A DNA stretch of 64,000 nt. It comes from Felis catus. Taxonomy: Eukaryota. The notes under the pieces are model-generated. The model did no database searches. It was not told where the DNA came from and saw only the letters and a program-made list of their open reading frames with translations. Position numbers and translations under genes: made by a program. The stretch covers positions 140,306,001 to 140,370,000 of the forward strand of contig NC_058372.1 of the NCBI RefSeq assembly GCF_018350175.1, given 5' to 3'. Shown here piece by piece: positions 24,473 through 37,274 of this stretch. Positions within the stretch are counted from its first letter, which is position 1, and each line of letters opens with the position of its first letter.

Positions 24473-26138
24473 AATAACCATCCTCAAAATGCCTGGTTTC
24501 AGGACCCTTTCAGACTCTGAAAACTCATTCAGAACGCTAAAGTGCTTTTATTCGTGGGGATGATGTCTAGTGACTAATATATTTAAATTTTTAAATGATG
24601 AATATTTTAAAATACTTCCGACTCATTTTTAAAAAAACAACAAATATCTATTACCTATCACCATAAATAATACAATTTTATGAAAAACAACTTTTCTAAA
24701 ACAGAAAAGAGTGATAAGAACGACATTGTTTTGTGGTTTTGCACATCTCTTTTAATATGTGGCTTAATAGAACACAGCTGAATTCTCATTTCTGCTTCTG
24801 CATTTGGTCTGTTGAGATATTTATTTTAGTTGAAGCCTATGAAGAAAATGCAGTCTGGTACAGTTACGTAGTTGGAAAAGAGCATTTCATAGCTTTTTTC
24901 AGATAATTGTGGATATTCTTCAACACTATACCAAAACTCAACAGTGGTCGTTTCTTAAAAGTTATTTGTGATATGGAATCGGGGACTATATTGATGAACT
25001 TTTCCCTACTTGGTTACTTTAAAATCCATTCATCTATTCTGTACTTTGAATGGATCTTTGACTCATGCATTGATTATCTGGAAAAGATTGGTTCATTAAT
25101 TTATGCAAGTCTTCCAATTGTTGACTCTGTCATTACATAACATCAAAAAAGTCACATTCATTAATATCACCACCAACCTCATCAAAAATGCCTTCAAGCA
25201 TTGGGAAGCTGTCAACCTCATAATGGCAGGTACAGGTTTTCCAAAATTCTAATTTTCCCTGAAAGCTCAGATTTTATCATTGGCAACAAATACTGTCAGT
25301 TGTTTTCCTAGAAGTGACAGGCTCCCCTCATTCATTTTTAAAAGAAAATGTCTGCCAAATATTCAAGTTTGAATAACCAGTTTGCCTGTCAGACGTTTTC
25401 AAGTAAAAACTAGTGTTTCATGAAAAAAGCAGTTCGTTCAGCTCACAGCTCCATCACATACCTATTTCTCCTCCAGACACTATTGTACCTCACTATGCAA
25501 GAGAAATGTTTTCTGTGTACTTCCTGCCTTTTTAAACATTTTTTTAAACTTTATTTCTTTTTGAGAGAGACACAGAGAGAGTGAGAGGGGGAGGGGCAGC
25601 AAGGGAGAGAGACAGAATGTCAAGCAGGCTCCGCACTGTCAGCACAGATCCCGATGTGGGGCTCGAACTCACAAACTGTGAGATCATGACCTGAATGGAA
25701 ACCAAGAGTCGGACGCTTAACTGACTGAGTCACCCAGGCACCCCTGTACTTCCTGCTTTTTTACACCTAGTATTTAAAAAGATGCATACTCCACGGCCAA
25801 GATCTAGTAAAATAATTTTTAATGCTTTGTTAAAAACATTCTTAGGTGAAATTGGCATTTGGTTTTCGTTGGGTTTTATTTTGTTTGTTGTCTTTTGCTA
25901 TGAGCGTTCAGTGGTAAGGAATGCAATGAATAGTGGCACAGTTTAGGGCCACTGCCTTGATCCTGCTAAGGCACCAATAGTTTGTCCCATCATGGCTTTG
26001 GCACCATTAGTGCAAATGTCACAACAAAGACAAATGACATCTAAGGTTATTATGAAAATAGTTTCTACTCCACAGATTTCCCCCCTTAAATAGTCTTGGG
26101 GACCCCAAAAGATCTGTGCATCACACTTTGAAAGTCAA
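24473..26138 (-). mobile_element. Charlie1a-like hAT DNA transposon fossil
   Basis: Internal TTGGGAAGCTGTCAA...TTTTATCATTGGCAACAAATACTGTCAGTTGTTTTCCTAGAAGTGACAGGCTC; termini TGGTTTCAGGACCCTTT and GGGGACCCC...CACACTTTGA. About 1.45 kb after removing the nested SINE. Confidence 0.85.
25534..25744 (-). mobile_element. Can-SINE nested in Charlie1a
   Basis: TSD TGTACTTCCTGC(C/T)TTTTT at 25516-25533 / 25745-25762. Confidence 0.95.
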
Positions 26139-26669
26139 CCTATCCGTGCAAATGTATATAGACAACATTAATATAGTTAGAGACATGAATATCTACAGAA
26201 AGATTTTGCTTTCCCCAATCCCTCCCACTATGTATGTGCAAGAGGAAATATCCATCTCAAGAGTACACTGCAAAAATAAGTCATTTCTCTGACAAGTATT
26301 GGACACACATCAATGAAAGCAATTTGTGTGTATAAAAATAGTCCAAAGCACAGTAAAGGCGAAAAGACAGACATTTGCAGATGAAAATCTAGGGGTCAGT
26401 TATGGAACGACATTGGCCTGGGTATGAGACAAGACCCCAATGCCACCATGGAGAGCAGAGGGATATGGAATGCGAGAAAGATCCGAATGGCATGGCTATC
26501 TGAGTAGAAAGCCTCCTGGAAGCCAAATTTGAAGGGCAAAAAGAGACAAAGATTGAGCAGGAATGAGGAAAGACTTGTCATATAGAAGTTATTGTGTATA
26601 CAAAGAAGAGCCTGATATGGAAGATAGAATCCTTAGCGGTTACAAATACCAGTTCTGGAGAGCAAGTGA

Positions 26670-26860
26670 CCTGACCTTGAGTTCTGGTTCTGCCAGGGTT
26701 TGGTATGATTATGGATGCACTATGATTTAGGACGAGTAGTATTATCTCTCTATGCCTCAGTATCCTCTGCCATGAAATGGGTATAACGGTATCTTTTCCA
26801 TTGGATGGCCATGAGGAGTAATGTGACCATAGGTACAAAATGCTTCGCAGAATGTCCAAT
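26670..26860 (+). mobile_element. MIR
   Basis: CTCTCTATGCCTCAGTATCCTCTGCCATGAAATGGGTATAA core. Confidence 0.6.
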
Positions 26861-28064
26861 CGCATGGCAGGCTCTCTTTAGATGTTCCCATTAGATGCAG
26901 TGGGGAGTGGAGGACGGAGGAGGGAAATTGAGGATTTGACACGGCCTGGAGGAAGGACAGGCAAAGTAAAACAGCAGAAATGGGATGAAAAGGGCACACA
27001 GGTATTCAGATGTGATGTCTGAAAAGGAGGAAGCTGAGAAGCGGTTTAAGGAGAACTTGGAACAGCTGGCCGAGAGGTTCAGATTAAATATTTAAACAGA
27101 AAAAGAGTCACGGAGAGATCCTGGCCGGAAGAGTGAATGATTTTTTTTTTTAACGACGTATTGCAGGAAAACTTCCCCTGACCCAGTGTAAATGGAGGGG
27201 AACAGGCGGGGCCCAGAGACCAGCAGCACTGCGGGAGGCTGGCAGTGAAAGCACGTCCGAGGTTGTAACTTTTGGGTGGAAAGTTTTGTAAATAAAAGAG
27301 ATGTCACAAATGAGGAAAATGACACCAAGAGAAGAGACGAAACAACCCCAATTGCCGGTGTGGCACAGCCTCTCCGTGGCCTGAGTCACCGTCCAGCTGC
27401 CCGCTTGTAACCCTTACCTTCTAAAGGGATCAGTAGACTTTCATATCACATTCTAGAGAAACACAAGTGGAACTCACCCCCTCTGGGGTTGAAACTGCCA
27501 AGCCAAGCGCGCACACACACAAAGTGTGGCACCAATGACTGTGTAAGCGACTTCAACCTCTAAACTCATCCTAAGGACGTTAAGATGAACTCAGAACACT
27601 TTTCCCAGCCCCTGACCACTCACCAACCTCATCCCCTGACACTTACCCCACCCTCTCAGGAGTTTCTCAGTTCAAAGTGACTGGAAACCAATTCGTACTA
27701 GCTCAAGAAAGCACGTGTGGTGTGGCTCAGGGTTGGGGCCAAGGGAAAAGGAGGGGAGAGAACACCAAGGCACATACAATGGATAACTCAAGGAGTTCCA
27801 TTCCAGCCAGATCAAGCTGATCCAAGTTTTCCAAACACAAGCTCTCTCTCTAACCTCAGAGATGGAGGCTGCAACATGAGGCCACGCCCATCTTCCCACA
27901 GGATCCCAACCAGGCTTCCTCCTGCTTCCTTTCTCCCACATCACCCGTCTCCTACTCCAGGAAGCCCTCTCCTGATCCCCAGCCTCTTCCCCACTTGCCG
28001 AGGTGCCCTCTTCCTTTCTCCAGCCTCCTGGGGCTCTCCTTTCGGACCTTGGCCTCCAAGAGTG

Positions 28065-28195
28065 GGACCCAGAATCCCTTGGGAGCAGGATAGGAACACA
28101 GAAGCTTGGGCCCTGCTCCAGACCAACTAACTCAGAATCTGCATTTTAACAAGATCTCAGGTGATTCCTATTCACATTACAATTTGAAAAGCACA
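28065..28195. mobile_element. MER5-family MITE
   Basis: CAGAATCTGCATTTTAACAAGATCTCAGGTGATTC...TTTGAAAAGCAC. Confidence 0.75.
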
Positions 28196-29834
28196 AGAAA
28201 TGAGAGAACTGGCCAACATAATAGTGCAACAGTTGCTTATTTACATATCATTCTCCTTGAGGACAGCCATTTTTGTGGCTAACAGGTTCCTTGCAGAGAG
28301 CCGGCTACATCATAGATGTTTAACGCTTGCTGGATACATACAGGAATAACTAAAGAACATGTTGAAGGTGATTTGCTCTTGCACATTTGGGAACAATTTC
28401 TAGACCAGAACCCAAATAGTTACCCAGTACAAGACTCATTTTGTCTTTGTCAGCAGCAGAGACATTTAAACACATAGACAATAAATTCATTTTAAAGTCC
28501 TTATTTCTAAATGCCTACTTATTTATATCAGCTACACCTGTCCCGTTATTGAAAACTCCCCTTTGGTTTTACAGAGAAATTAAAATATTCTGATAGTCAG
28601 AAAGTGCATAGGCTCTAGGAATAAAACCATCAAAAAATATATATTTTTTTAATTAGGTCTTAAACGTTGACCAATGAATCTTTATGACAATTATTGACTT
28701 TGTAAAGCTCCCCCTAGATTAATGTGCAATAGAATCTGTGCATCTTAAATTTTTTTTTCAATCAATGTTTTCATTTGAGGTCCCCCCCCCCCCGCCTTTT
28801 TTTATCTTTTCAACAAACAGAGGCGGTGGTAAGAGTAGTTTGTCATTTTTAAGGCACGAGGATTAGGCTTTGACTAATTGGAAGATTTGCCCATTATTTA
28901 AATGAAACTTGTTTGCAATTTCATCATCCGTGTGGATCTAGAAAGGCGGCCGACTGGCCCATCAATTTGGTTAGAAAAGAATAAATGAATAAGGAGACTG
29001 ACAGTGTTCTCTCGTGGGAGGCTCTCTGTCGCTATATTGTTTCTCCAGTATTAATTATCCACGTAAAAATAATTCACTACGCTGCACTATTATCTGCCCT
29101 GCGCTAAGCTCCCCAGTCAGCTGCCTCCTGGCCTGCCTCTCCCTGCACATTTACATCTCCTGATGTCAGCAAGTGCTGTGCATTGATGTGTTCACTGTCA
29201 ACAACACCCTGGGAAATCATGGCTCCAGGCAGCCAAGAGTTATTTTGGCTTGAGGCTGCTTCTGAAAGCGAGGTTAGCTCTCATCCACGCGGTGGGAAAG
29301 ACTCATTTACAATCCTCACACCCCTTCTCTGCTTAGGGTTTTAAAAGATAGGGCCAGCACCTTGTGCGTGAGCTTTGAGATGAGGTGTACGGGGAGGTGT
29401 CATTGACAGGTCATTGAGGAGTTCAGATGACTCAGAACTGACGGATCGGGAGAGAGGCAGAGAAGAGGAGGAGGAGAGGGGGAGGCTCACTGGACCACCC
29501 CCGACTTGTTCTGTGAAAGAGTTCCAAACCATTAGTATTTAAAATTTGACCTGGCCTTCCACGCGCTGCTGAAATGGTGAGGGCGGAGGAGTGGATTCCG
29601 ATGACAGGCAAATGCAGGTCTGACTTTGGACCCAGAGAACAGAGGAATGCAGAGATACAAAAAGTCGCAGTAAAGGGCAGGGCAATGGGACTCGGAAATG
29701 TTCAGATGAGGTTCAAAGCCATAGGGTTTCCACGCTATGGATGTTAAGGGGCTTTTTCTTTCTGCCCGTTCAGACAGACTCACGCATTTCCAATTACGGT
29801 CTGAGCTCTATATTAAACTCAATCACAAACTCTG

Positions 29835-30188
29835 TGGATTAGCCCACTAAGGCCATCGTAAGGAAATACCATTGACTGGGTAGCTTAACAACACGCGCTG
29901 ACTTCTCACTGTCCTGGAGGCTGAGAAGTCTAAGATCAAGGTTCAATTCTGTTCCTGTTGACGGCCCTCTTCCTGGCTTGCAGACAGGCACCTTCTCCGT
30001 GTCCTCCAATGTCAAGAGAGGGACAGAAAGGACATTGGTGTCTCTACCTCTTCTTGTAAAGAACACGAATCCCATCACGATCTCATCTAAACCTAATTAC
30101 CTCCCAAAGGCCACACCTCCAAATTCCATGATATTGGGGGTTAGAGCTTCAACATTCGAATTTTGAGTGAATACATTTAGCCTGTAAT
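29835..30188 (-). mobile_element. MaLR solo LTR, MLT1A-like
   Basis: CTGGAGGCTGAGAAGTCTAAGATCAAGG, CCTCTTCCTGGCTTGCAGAC, CTAAACCTAATTACCTCCCAAAGGCCACACCTCCAAAT. Confidence 0.9.
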
Positions 30189-30720
30189 TCTTGGCTAAGA
30201 GTTTACCTACCATGAGGTAACCTACTAGAACAGCCTTTTCATTTGTTTTTTACCCTTAACCAAAGTCTTTCTCTGGATACTCTGCATAAGGAGCTCTCAA
30301 TAGAGCATGGAACTTCATCCCCCCAGCCTCGAGGTCCTCCACTGCCCACGGGGGTCCCACACCCTACCCTTTGCGCAGTGGGCCCACCCACTCACCTTTC
30401 ACACCAGGACACCCTACTCCCCTCACCTCTCACTTGGCTGCTCCTACTCACCCCTCAGGACCCAGCTTAGGTAACGCCTCATTTTCCAGATGGACATGTG
30501 CCTTCTCTGGGCTTCCTAGCACTGGGCCCTCTCCCATTCAAACATTTATTACTCTGTCCTGTAAAGTTGCTAGTCACCTTTGCATCCCAACACAAAACAT
30601 GGCAACCGCCTCTGGGCAGCCTTCAAAACTACTTCATGAAATAGTCATGATTGTCTCCTGAAACCCAGTTATAATACCTGAAAGAAAAGAGAAGTGGGGG
30701 GGGGGGTCAGAGTAATGGTT

Positions 30721-30746
30721 TTCTTCTCCTTCCTGTCCCCCCTTCT

Positions 30747-30792
<46 letters not shown>
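30721..30792. repeat. Polypyrimidine / (CT)n tract
   Basis: About 70 nt of almost pure C/T ending in a perfect (CT)n. Confidence 0.95.
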
Positions 30793-30795
<3 letters not shown>

Positions 30796-31477
30796 AAAGA
30801 ATGACCAGGTTTTCTTATTCGGTGGAAAGGAAAGTAGGATGGGGACAAGCAGACAGAAAGTACCAGCTTCATTCTTGGTCTCATTCTTTTCATTCTAGGG
30901 CTGGTTCTCACCCCCCCACCCCCACCCCCAACTCCCACAGCCCAGCTACAGAAGAAGGTAGTCCTTTCTCTACACGGGGGATCCCTGTTCCCCATCCCCC
31001 AACCCTGACCAGAGCAGGAAGTCCTGAAGCAGGTCTGGGATCTTCAGAGTGTTCATTTCCTCCTCCTGCTTTTCCTGGTGGCATACTGCATATACCCATG
31101 GTGTGGGAGAGGTCCCAACCAACAGAGGGGAAGCTTCCAGAGCTGACAGAATGAGTGGCCCAGGAGGCCTCTGCCGCTTTCCTCATCAGTTCTACTTTGG
31201 GGATCACAGCCAAACATTGCCACCTCTACTCTCCATTCGATGTATTTCAACTTTGGTTTTTGCCAGCTCTCGTTTTTCATCTCCGGGTAAGGGTTTTCTT
31301 GCCCATTCTCCAACTTTCACAATCAATAGTCATCCAAAAAGGAAGTCCCATCGCTTGGAGTAAAGTCAGGTTCTTGCCCACATTTTCGGTGCCTGACTTA
31401 CGGTACATTCCAGAGCCTTCCCCCACATGGCCCACCACACGGCCCTCACAAACCCTGTGGTCTCACGTATGACAACA

Positions 31478-31552
31478 CGACTGCACTGTACGCTCCAAAA
31501 TGGGGAAGATGGTAAAATTTCTGTTTTGTGTTTTTACCACAATTTTTTAAAT
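31478..31552 (+). mobile_element. L1MB-like extreme 3' end
   Basis: ACTGCACTGTACGCTCCAAAATGGGGAAGATGGTAAAATTTCTGTTTTGTGTTTTTACCACAAT. Confidence 0.65.
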
Positions 31553-31698
31553 GAAAGCGTTTCTCAAGTTTAACAATAATTACTAACAACAACAATAATA
31601 ACAATAACAACAGCCCCATAGTCAGAAATATCTACCAGGTTACCTTCCTGGTAGCAGAGGGCAATTTTCAATAGAAAACTCAACGAATTATCTCTACA

Positions 31699-32221
31699 TG
31701 TTGTAAGTTCAATTGTGTTCCCCTCAAAATCTGTGTTCAAGTCTTAATCCCTGGAACCTCTGAATGCGATCTTATTTGCAGACGGGGTTATAGGAGACGT
31801 AATGTGTTCCGGTGAGGTCATACTGGAGTAGGGTGGGCCCTTAATCCAATAGGACCGACGTCCTCATAGGAAGAAGACACACACGCACACGCGCGTGCAA
31901 CACGGAAATGGAGGCAAGGGCGGAAATACCCGCGGGTGCCAGCCAAGGAACACCACCAGAGGCCAGAAGCTGGAAAGGCAAGGGAGGATTCCACCTTCGA
32001 TCCTTCAGAGATCCTGGCCCTGCCAACACCTTGATTTTGGGTTTTTGAGGGCCATGCGGTGGGCCATGTGGGGGAAGTCTCTGGAACGTACCGTACGTCA
32101 GCCCTTCTATGTGCTGCCTTTGGACCCCAAGTCCTCCAGACTGTGAGAGAATACATCCCTATTGTTTTCAGTCACCCAGTTTGTGGCCCTTTGTCTGGCA
32201 GCCCGAGAAAGCTGGTATACC
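31699..32221 (+). mobile_element. MaLR solo LTR, MLT1B/C-like, with ~80-bp foreign insertion
   Basis: GAGGTCATACTGGAGTAGGGTGGGCCCTTAATCCAAT, then CCCTGCCAACACCTTGATTTTGG [insert] ...CCTCCAGACTGTGAGAGAATA. Confidence 0.9.
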
Positions 32222-32899
32222 ATGTACATAAACCCCCCAGAATCTTTGGGAATTTGCTTTTCTGTTGCACAAAACTTACTTTCCGCCCCCTGCATCATCC
32301 CTCCTCACATAAGCACAAACGTAGTATCTCTGGAGTAGTGATTCTTCATGGTCTCCAAACAGTTGCCTCCGCCTCTATGGCACCAGCGGAATGTTCTCTT
32401 TTTTTAATCGACAAGAACCTAGATCCTTTGGCTTTTCCATATGACCAAATTCCCCTAGTCCCTGAATGATTTTCACTGCTTTTGCTTTACCTTCTTCATT
32501 GCTACAACATCCTTTTTACACCAAAGTGATAAGAATTGAAGATGATATTCAAAATGAGACTCTGCTAGCCCTTTCATATAATGGTAGAATAATTCTCTTT
32601 GACTCAAATTCAATATATTCTATTCACACCTCTCAAAGCTGTTGGTACATTTTTGTATTGCTTTATCATTGTGGTTTCAAGTACCAGCTACTGTTACATG
32701 GGAACCACAGACTGCTGGGAGTTTAGAGGTTATAACCCCTTTGCTGTTGGCCCCCCACTTCCTCATTGTCTGAAATCACACGCTAATGACATGCATTTAA
32801 TATGCACTTCATTCAATGTTACCGATTTTCTAGAGTAATTAGGTCACGTACACAAAGGGGAAGCCCCTTCCACCCCAAGGCTAGGGCAGAAATGAAAAC

Positions 32900-33410
32900 T
32901 AACACTGATCGAACACCAACTATTCCAGGCACTTTCCATCCATGATCTCTACATCCCGGTAAGTTAGCTATTGGTTTTATTATTCCCGTGCTATACCTAT
33001 AGACTCAGAGCAGGAAGATAACCTGACCAAAGCCACTGTTCGTAGGTATCAGAACCAGGGCTGGAGCCTAAGTTGGCACAGCCCTTCCTCGGGACCACAT
33101 CGCCACACAGCAGAGGACAGGTGACATTATTCTCCTCTGCTTGGGGAAAATTGAGAACCAAAGAACATAAATAATAAGTCAAAGAGGCTGTGTGTGATAC
33201 TGGAAAGAGCACTGTACTAGGAATAAGGAACGCTTATTCTAGAATCGGAACCAGCTCTAGAATCAGCCTTTCTTTTAAGCTTGTAAAGACCATAAACTGA
33301 GCTTGTTTTATTTGCCCATTGCTGTGTGATGTTGAGCAAATTGCTGACCCTCTCTGGACTTCAGACTTGTCATCCGTAAAATGGAGGGCTTGGAGAAGGC
33401 GACCTCTTAG
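32900..33410. mobile_element. Two MIR relics, antisense then sense
   Basis: AGACTCAGAGCAGGAAGATAACCTGACCAAAGCCAC; TGTGTGATGTTGAGCAAATTGCTGACCCTCTCTGGACTTCAG...TCATCCGTAAAATGG. Confidence 0.65.
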
Positions 33411-34214
33411 CCCCTTGAACTTTCATCTCAATTAGCTCTGAAACGGGAATTTCGGGGAGCAAGGTGGGGGGGGCCATCCCTTTGTGCCTTTAGTTCCTAT
33501 GTACCATCCATGCTCCATGTTCACTGTGTGTGCTTCATATTCATTCTCGCAGAATACTTTCGAGTTCATATTAATTTCTTTTCATTTCAATTTCTTGGGC
33601 TCTTGGTTTTCCCCAGAGTGAAGGACGTATGACAAAACAAGGACCAAGAGGCTCGTTGCCTTTCTGTCAAATTCCCATGCGGGCAGAGCCAAACCACGCT
33701 TGTCCTGCTGTGTCAGCGACAAGAGGACACTGGGGAGGGGCCGTTGGTCCAGTTCCTACAGCGCAGCCAGTCACCCCTGGCCACGCGCTGCAGTTACCAT
33801 GGCAACCGTTGCACTGTGCTCCATGGAGGCCACAGGTCACAACTGCAGATGCCACCACCAGCAGACGCATGCCCTCCTCCCCTCCCCAACATGCCCTGAC
33901 TCAGCAGCACCGGTCACACACCCCGGCCACAAGCCACCAAAAGCAATCACTTAGATCGAGGTCAAAAGTAGACGCCAGCCGGGAGCTCCTCTCTCCATCT
34001 CTCTACCAGACCGAGAATAAACATTGGAAATATGGTGGCTCCCTCTTTCATGTGATGGGAGAGAAGCCATCGGACGCTACCCAGCACACCACATGACAAA
34101 TATATTTGCCCCCAGAGAGAAAATTAAGAAAATGACAACATTTCCTCGAGCTATGAGTTAACAGTTATCCTTTTTTTAGTTTGAAGACGTGGATGTAAGA
34201 TTTGCAGATCCTGC

Positions 34215-34380
34215 CAGTGCCTTTAACGTGTAGACATATTACCAGGAGATCTGGTTAAAAATGCGGATTCTGGTTCGGAGGTCTGGAGCAGGGAGGCGGT
34301 GGCTGAGCGCCTAAATCTCTTGTCAGCTCGCGGGTGATGCCAGGGCTGCTGGTCCACGGACCACACGCTGAGTAGCAAAG
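34215..34380. mobile_element. MER5A MITE
   Basis: GTTAAAAATGCGGATTCTG...GGTGATGCCAGGGCTGCTGGTCCACGGACCACACGCTGAGTAGCAA. Confidence 0.8.
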
Positions 34381-34527
34381 CCTTAGACGACACTAGCTCC
34401 TACCACACATCAAGCCGACCCTGTCCGATCACTGCCATTTATCATTTCAATAAGGAATCGGAGTAAATATTAGCCGGTTCAGAGCACACATTTCTACAGG
34501 GCAGAAGTTACGTCTGCTCGGAATGGA

Positions 34528-34565
34528 GATAATAGCTACAATTTATCGAGAGCTTGCTCTTTGCC

Positions 34566-34614
<49 letters not shown>

Positions 34615-34800
34615 ACACAGACACTCCACACAATAGCCTTTGCGATGTATTGTTAATCAAAATTTAAAACTAAAGGAACTGAGGCTCAGATCTGTTCTGT
34701 GACCTACCCAAAGTCACACTGTCGGGAAGCGGCAAAGCCAGACGCACACCTACCTGTGTTTCTCCAGACTCATATGCTTTTCTCTCAGCACACTGCTTCT
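34528..34800 (-). mobile_element. MIR containing a (CA)n microsatellite (34567-34620)
   Basis: ATAATAGCTACAATTTATCGAGAGCTT, GGAACTGAGGCTCAGA, GTGACCTACCCAAAGTCACAC. Confidence 0.75.
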
Positions 34801-36199
34801 CTGCGTGGCGCCAGGTTCCATGGCACAAGGCAGCGCATAGAAGGGCTTACTGCACACTGCTTCCCGACAGCAATGATCTTGCCATGATTTTCTGTGCCCC
34901 TGGTTGCCCTTGCTTCAGGGGAGGTCACCAAGAGAAACCCAAACAGGGGTTTTCACCTCTAGTCAGCCCCGCGGCTCTTGTTTTAGGGATGTGGGTTTTC
35001 CTTCATGGAACAACAATTTATTAAGTGCTTCCCACACGCAAATCATGTCTTCAGAAGAAGCCAAAGATATAGGCTCTGCCCCTTCATGCTAGCTCTTGTG
35101 CCTGACTTTTAACCTCTTCTTCTCTGAGTCTCAGGATCACGGTTTTTACCCCAGTCTGGGCCCAGACTCTCCCACGCCTTGAGAAGGCTTCTCGACACCG
35201 GGACTGAACTTCAGAGGTGTCACTGATAGAGACAAACATTCCCATTCGGTGGTAATGCGGGTCCACAGCAGGCTGGTCTGAGCTGGAATAGACAGGCCCG
35301 TCTCTAGAGTCAGACATCCCGCTCTTACAGAGTTTCACTCCAGCACTTACTGGAAGCGTGGCCATAGAAAGATTATTTACCCTTTCTCAGCATCAGAGTC
35401 GGGATTATTAACACCCACCTCAACGACTGACTGGAAAACTAGGCCAGTTTCACCGTCCCAGGCACACGGGTACTCAGTGAGGACTGGTTTCCTTCCTTCC
35501 ACTATGAAACCGGTCAAGGTATGAAAATGAAAAACTCAAAATGAAATCAAGAAGTAGAAGAAAGGGAAATAATAGCAGGACAGAGCTGGGGCAGAAAGGA
35601 AGTGTGGTTCTTTGTAGGAGAGCAGGCGTACCTGATCGGAAAAGGGTAGAGGGAGGTATAGAGCCAGCAGGTAGACAGCAATCACATGGCCAAAATCATG
35701 GTGGACAGCCAGGAAGGAAAACAAGGAGTCAAAAGCTGAGCCAGCCCAGTTCAGCAACTGGGATTCTTCCAGGGAAGCACGTGGTATGAACAAGCTAGCG
35801 AGAACAGTCTTTCCTTTCTCCTCTTCCTCCTTCCTTCTTCCCTTCCTCCCACCATTTACACACATACATGATCATCTTAAAAAAGTGCCCATTTGTGCCA
35901 CCTCTTGATTTTAAGTGCCATATCAAGGAGGCATATGGGACTCTTACGGGATCCCTAAGTCCTCCTTACAGTCTTCAGATGAACTCACCAGCGTGCACTC
36001 TTTACCCATCAATTCTAGGACACTGTCAAACTTGTATCCCCCACGCTCACTTATATAGAACACACGCATCAAATTACGTTTACCGCAGACAAATGGGTTT
36101 CACCTAAAGAAACACAGGAAAAAGAGATTTTTTTTTTTCATCGCTTTCCCAATGAGTGAGGCAGTACTCATTCTTCTATGTATTCAGACAATGTCAGAT

Positions 36200-36550
36200 T
36201 CTGCGGGATGGCCACTACATCTCCTCCCTCTCTGCAATATTTCCCAGGCTGTCCTCTAATTCAGTAGGGCCATGTGACCAGATTCTGGATGACGGGTAGA
36301 GGCAATGGATACCAATCAGGCCTGGTCCGTGAAAGTGTCTCACACAACCCTTGCTTCAGTTCTGAATGAGGTCAAGGTGACCTGAAGCCACAAGAGGACA
36401 GAGCCACAGAGAGGAAGCAGTCTGGGTCCCTCAGGCGAAGCTTGGGGGGGGGGGGGGTAGCCACCTGACCCACGTTAGACTACGGCATGAGCAAGAAATA
36501 AGCTTCTATTACTGAGAGGTGGCGTGTCTGTTATGGCAACTAGTCTGATT
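36200..36550 (+). mobile_element. MaLR LTR, MLT1I/J-like
   Basis: GGGCCATGTGACCAGATTCTGG, AGAGCCACAGAGAGGAAGCAGTCTGGGTCCCT, GAGCAAGAAATAAGCTTCTATT. Confidence 0.65.
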
Positions 36551-37114
36551 CATTCTTCTGAAAACAGCAACATAAAGCTCGTGACTGATGCTCACCACAG
36601 CCCGGGGTCAGCCCCCACCATTCAATCTGGCAGAGCCACAGGTACTAAGGACCTTCAGCCTTCATGGAAGTGCAATCCCGCGTGATTTATTTCTAAACCA
36701 AGCAGCCGATTTCCTGCAGGTTGGGGCCAAATCCTACCAAGGTTTATTGTTCAGACACTGAGAAGTGACTGACAACCGGGAGAATCCTCTCTCCCCTGGC
36801 CCCAACCGGTCCCAAACGGCTCTGCCTCCTTGCTGAGCTGCCGGTTATATCCCAACATAGAGTTCCATATCACACCCAACTTGGGCATTCCAGCAAGTGT
36901 CTGCCTACGGATTAGAATCACAGAAAGAGAGGAGGAAAGGGGAATTGCATCGTACAGTAGAATCTGTCCTTGGGATTGCTAAGCTTCGCAATGCATTTTC
37001 ACTGGATTTATGCGGGCCATCACGCGCCGAAGACCAATCGTCTACCACCCTCTCCCTCTGTGACAGGTTTCTGATCCGACATGACGGTGGCTTTCGGTAT
37101 TTCTCAAGAGCAAG

Positions 37115-37274
37115 ACTTCTCAAACCTTCCTGTGTACACAAACTTCATGGGAGTCTTTAATACGAAAATGTTGACTCAGTGCATCTAGCGTAGACTCAAG
37201 GTCTTGCATTTCTAACAAGCTCTTGGGTGATGCTGATATGGGAGATTTGCAAGCTGCGCTTTAAGTGACAAGGC
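37115..37274. mobile_element. MER5A MITE
   Basis: CTTCTCAAAC...TGCATTTCTAACAAGCTCTTGGGTGATGCTGAT. Confidence 0.7.

Noticed and set aside
24473-26138. Domesticated hAT transposase
   Set aside because: No long ORF on the minus strand, interrupted by a SINE, and consistent with a neutral Charlie1a fossil.
32104-32118. U6 snRNA-like GGCAGCACATA on the minus strand of the LTR insert
   Set aside because: Only an 11-nt match; the adjoining sequence does not follow U6.
33585-34096. Splice-acceptor-like TTTTCCCCAG followed by a 155-aa ORF
   Set aside because: Pro/Ala/Thr/Ser-rich translation with no recognisable homology and no partner exons.
35153-35168. Perfect 16-bp palindrome AGTCTGGGCCCAGACT
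   Set aside because: About one 8-bp-arm palindrome is expected by chance in 64 kb.
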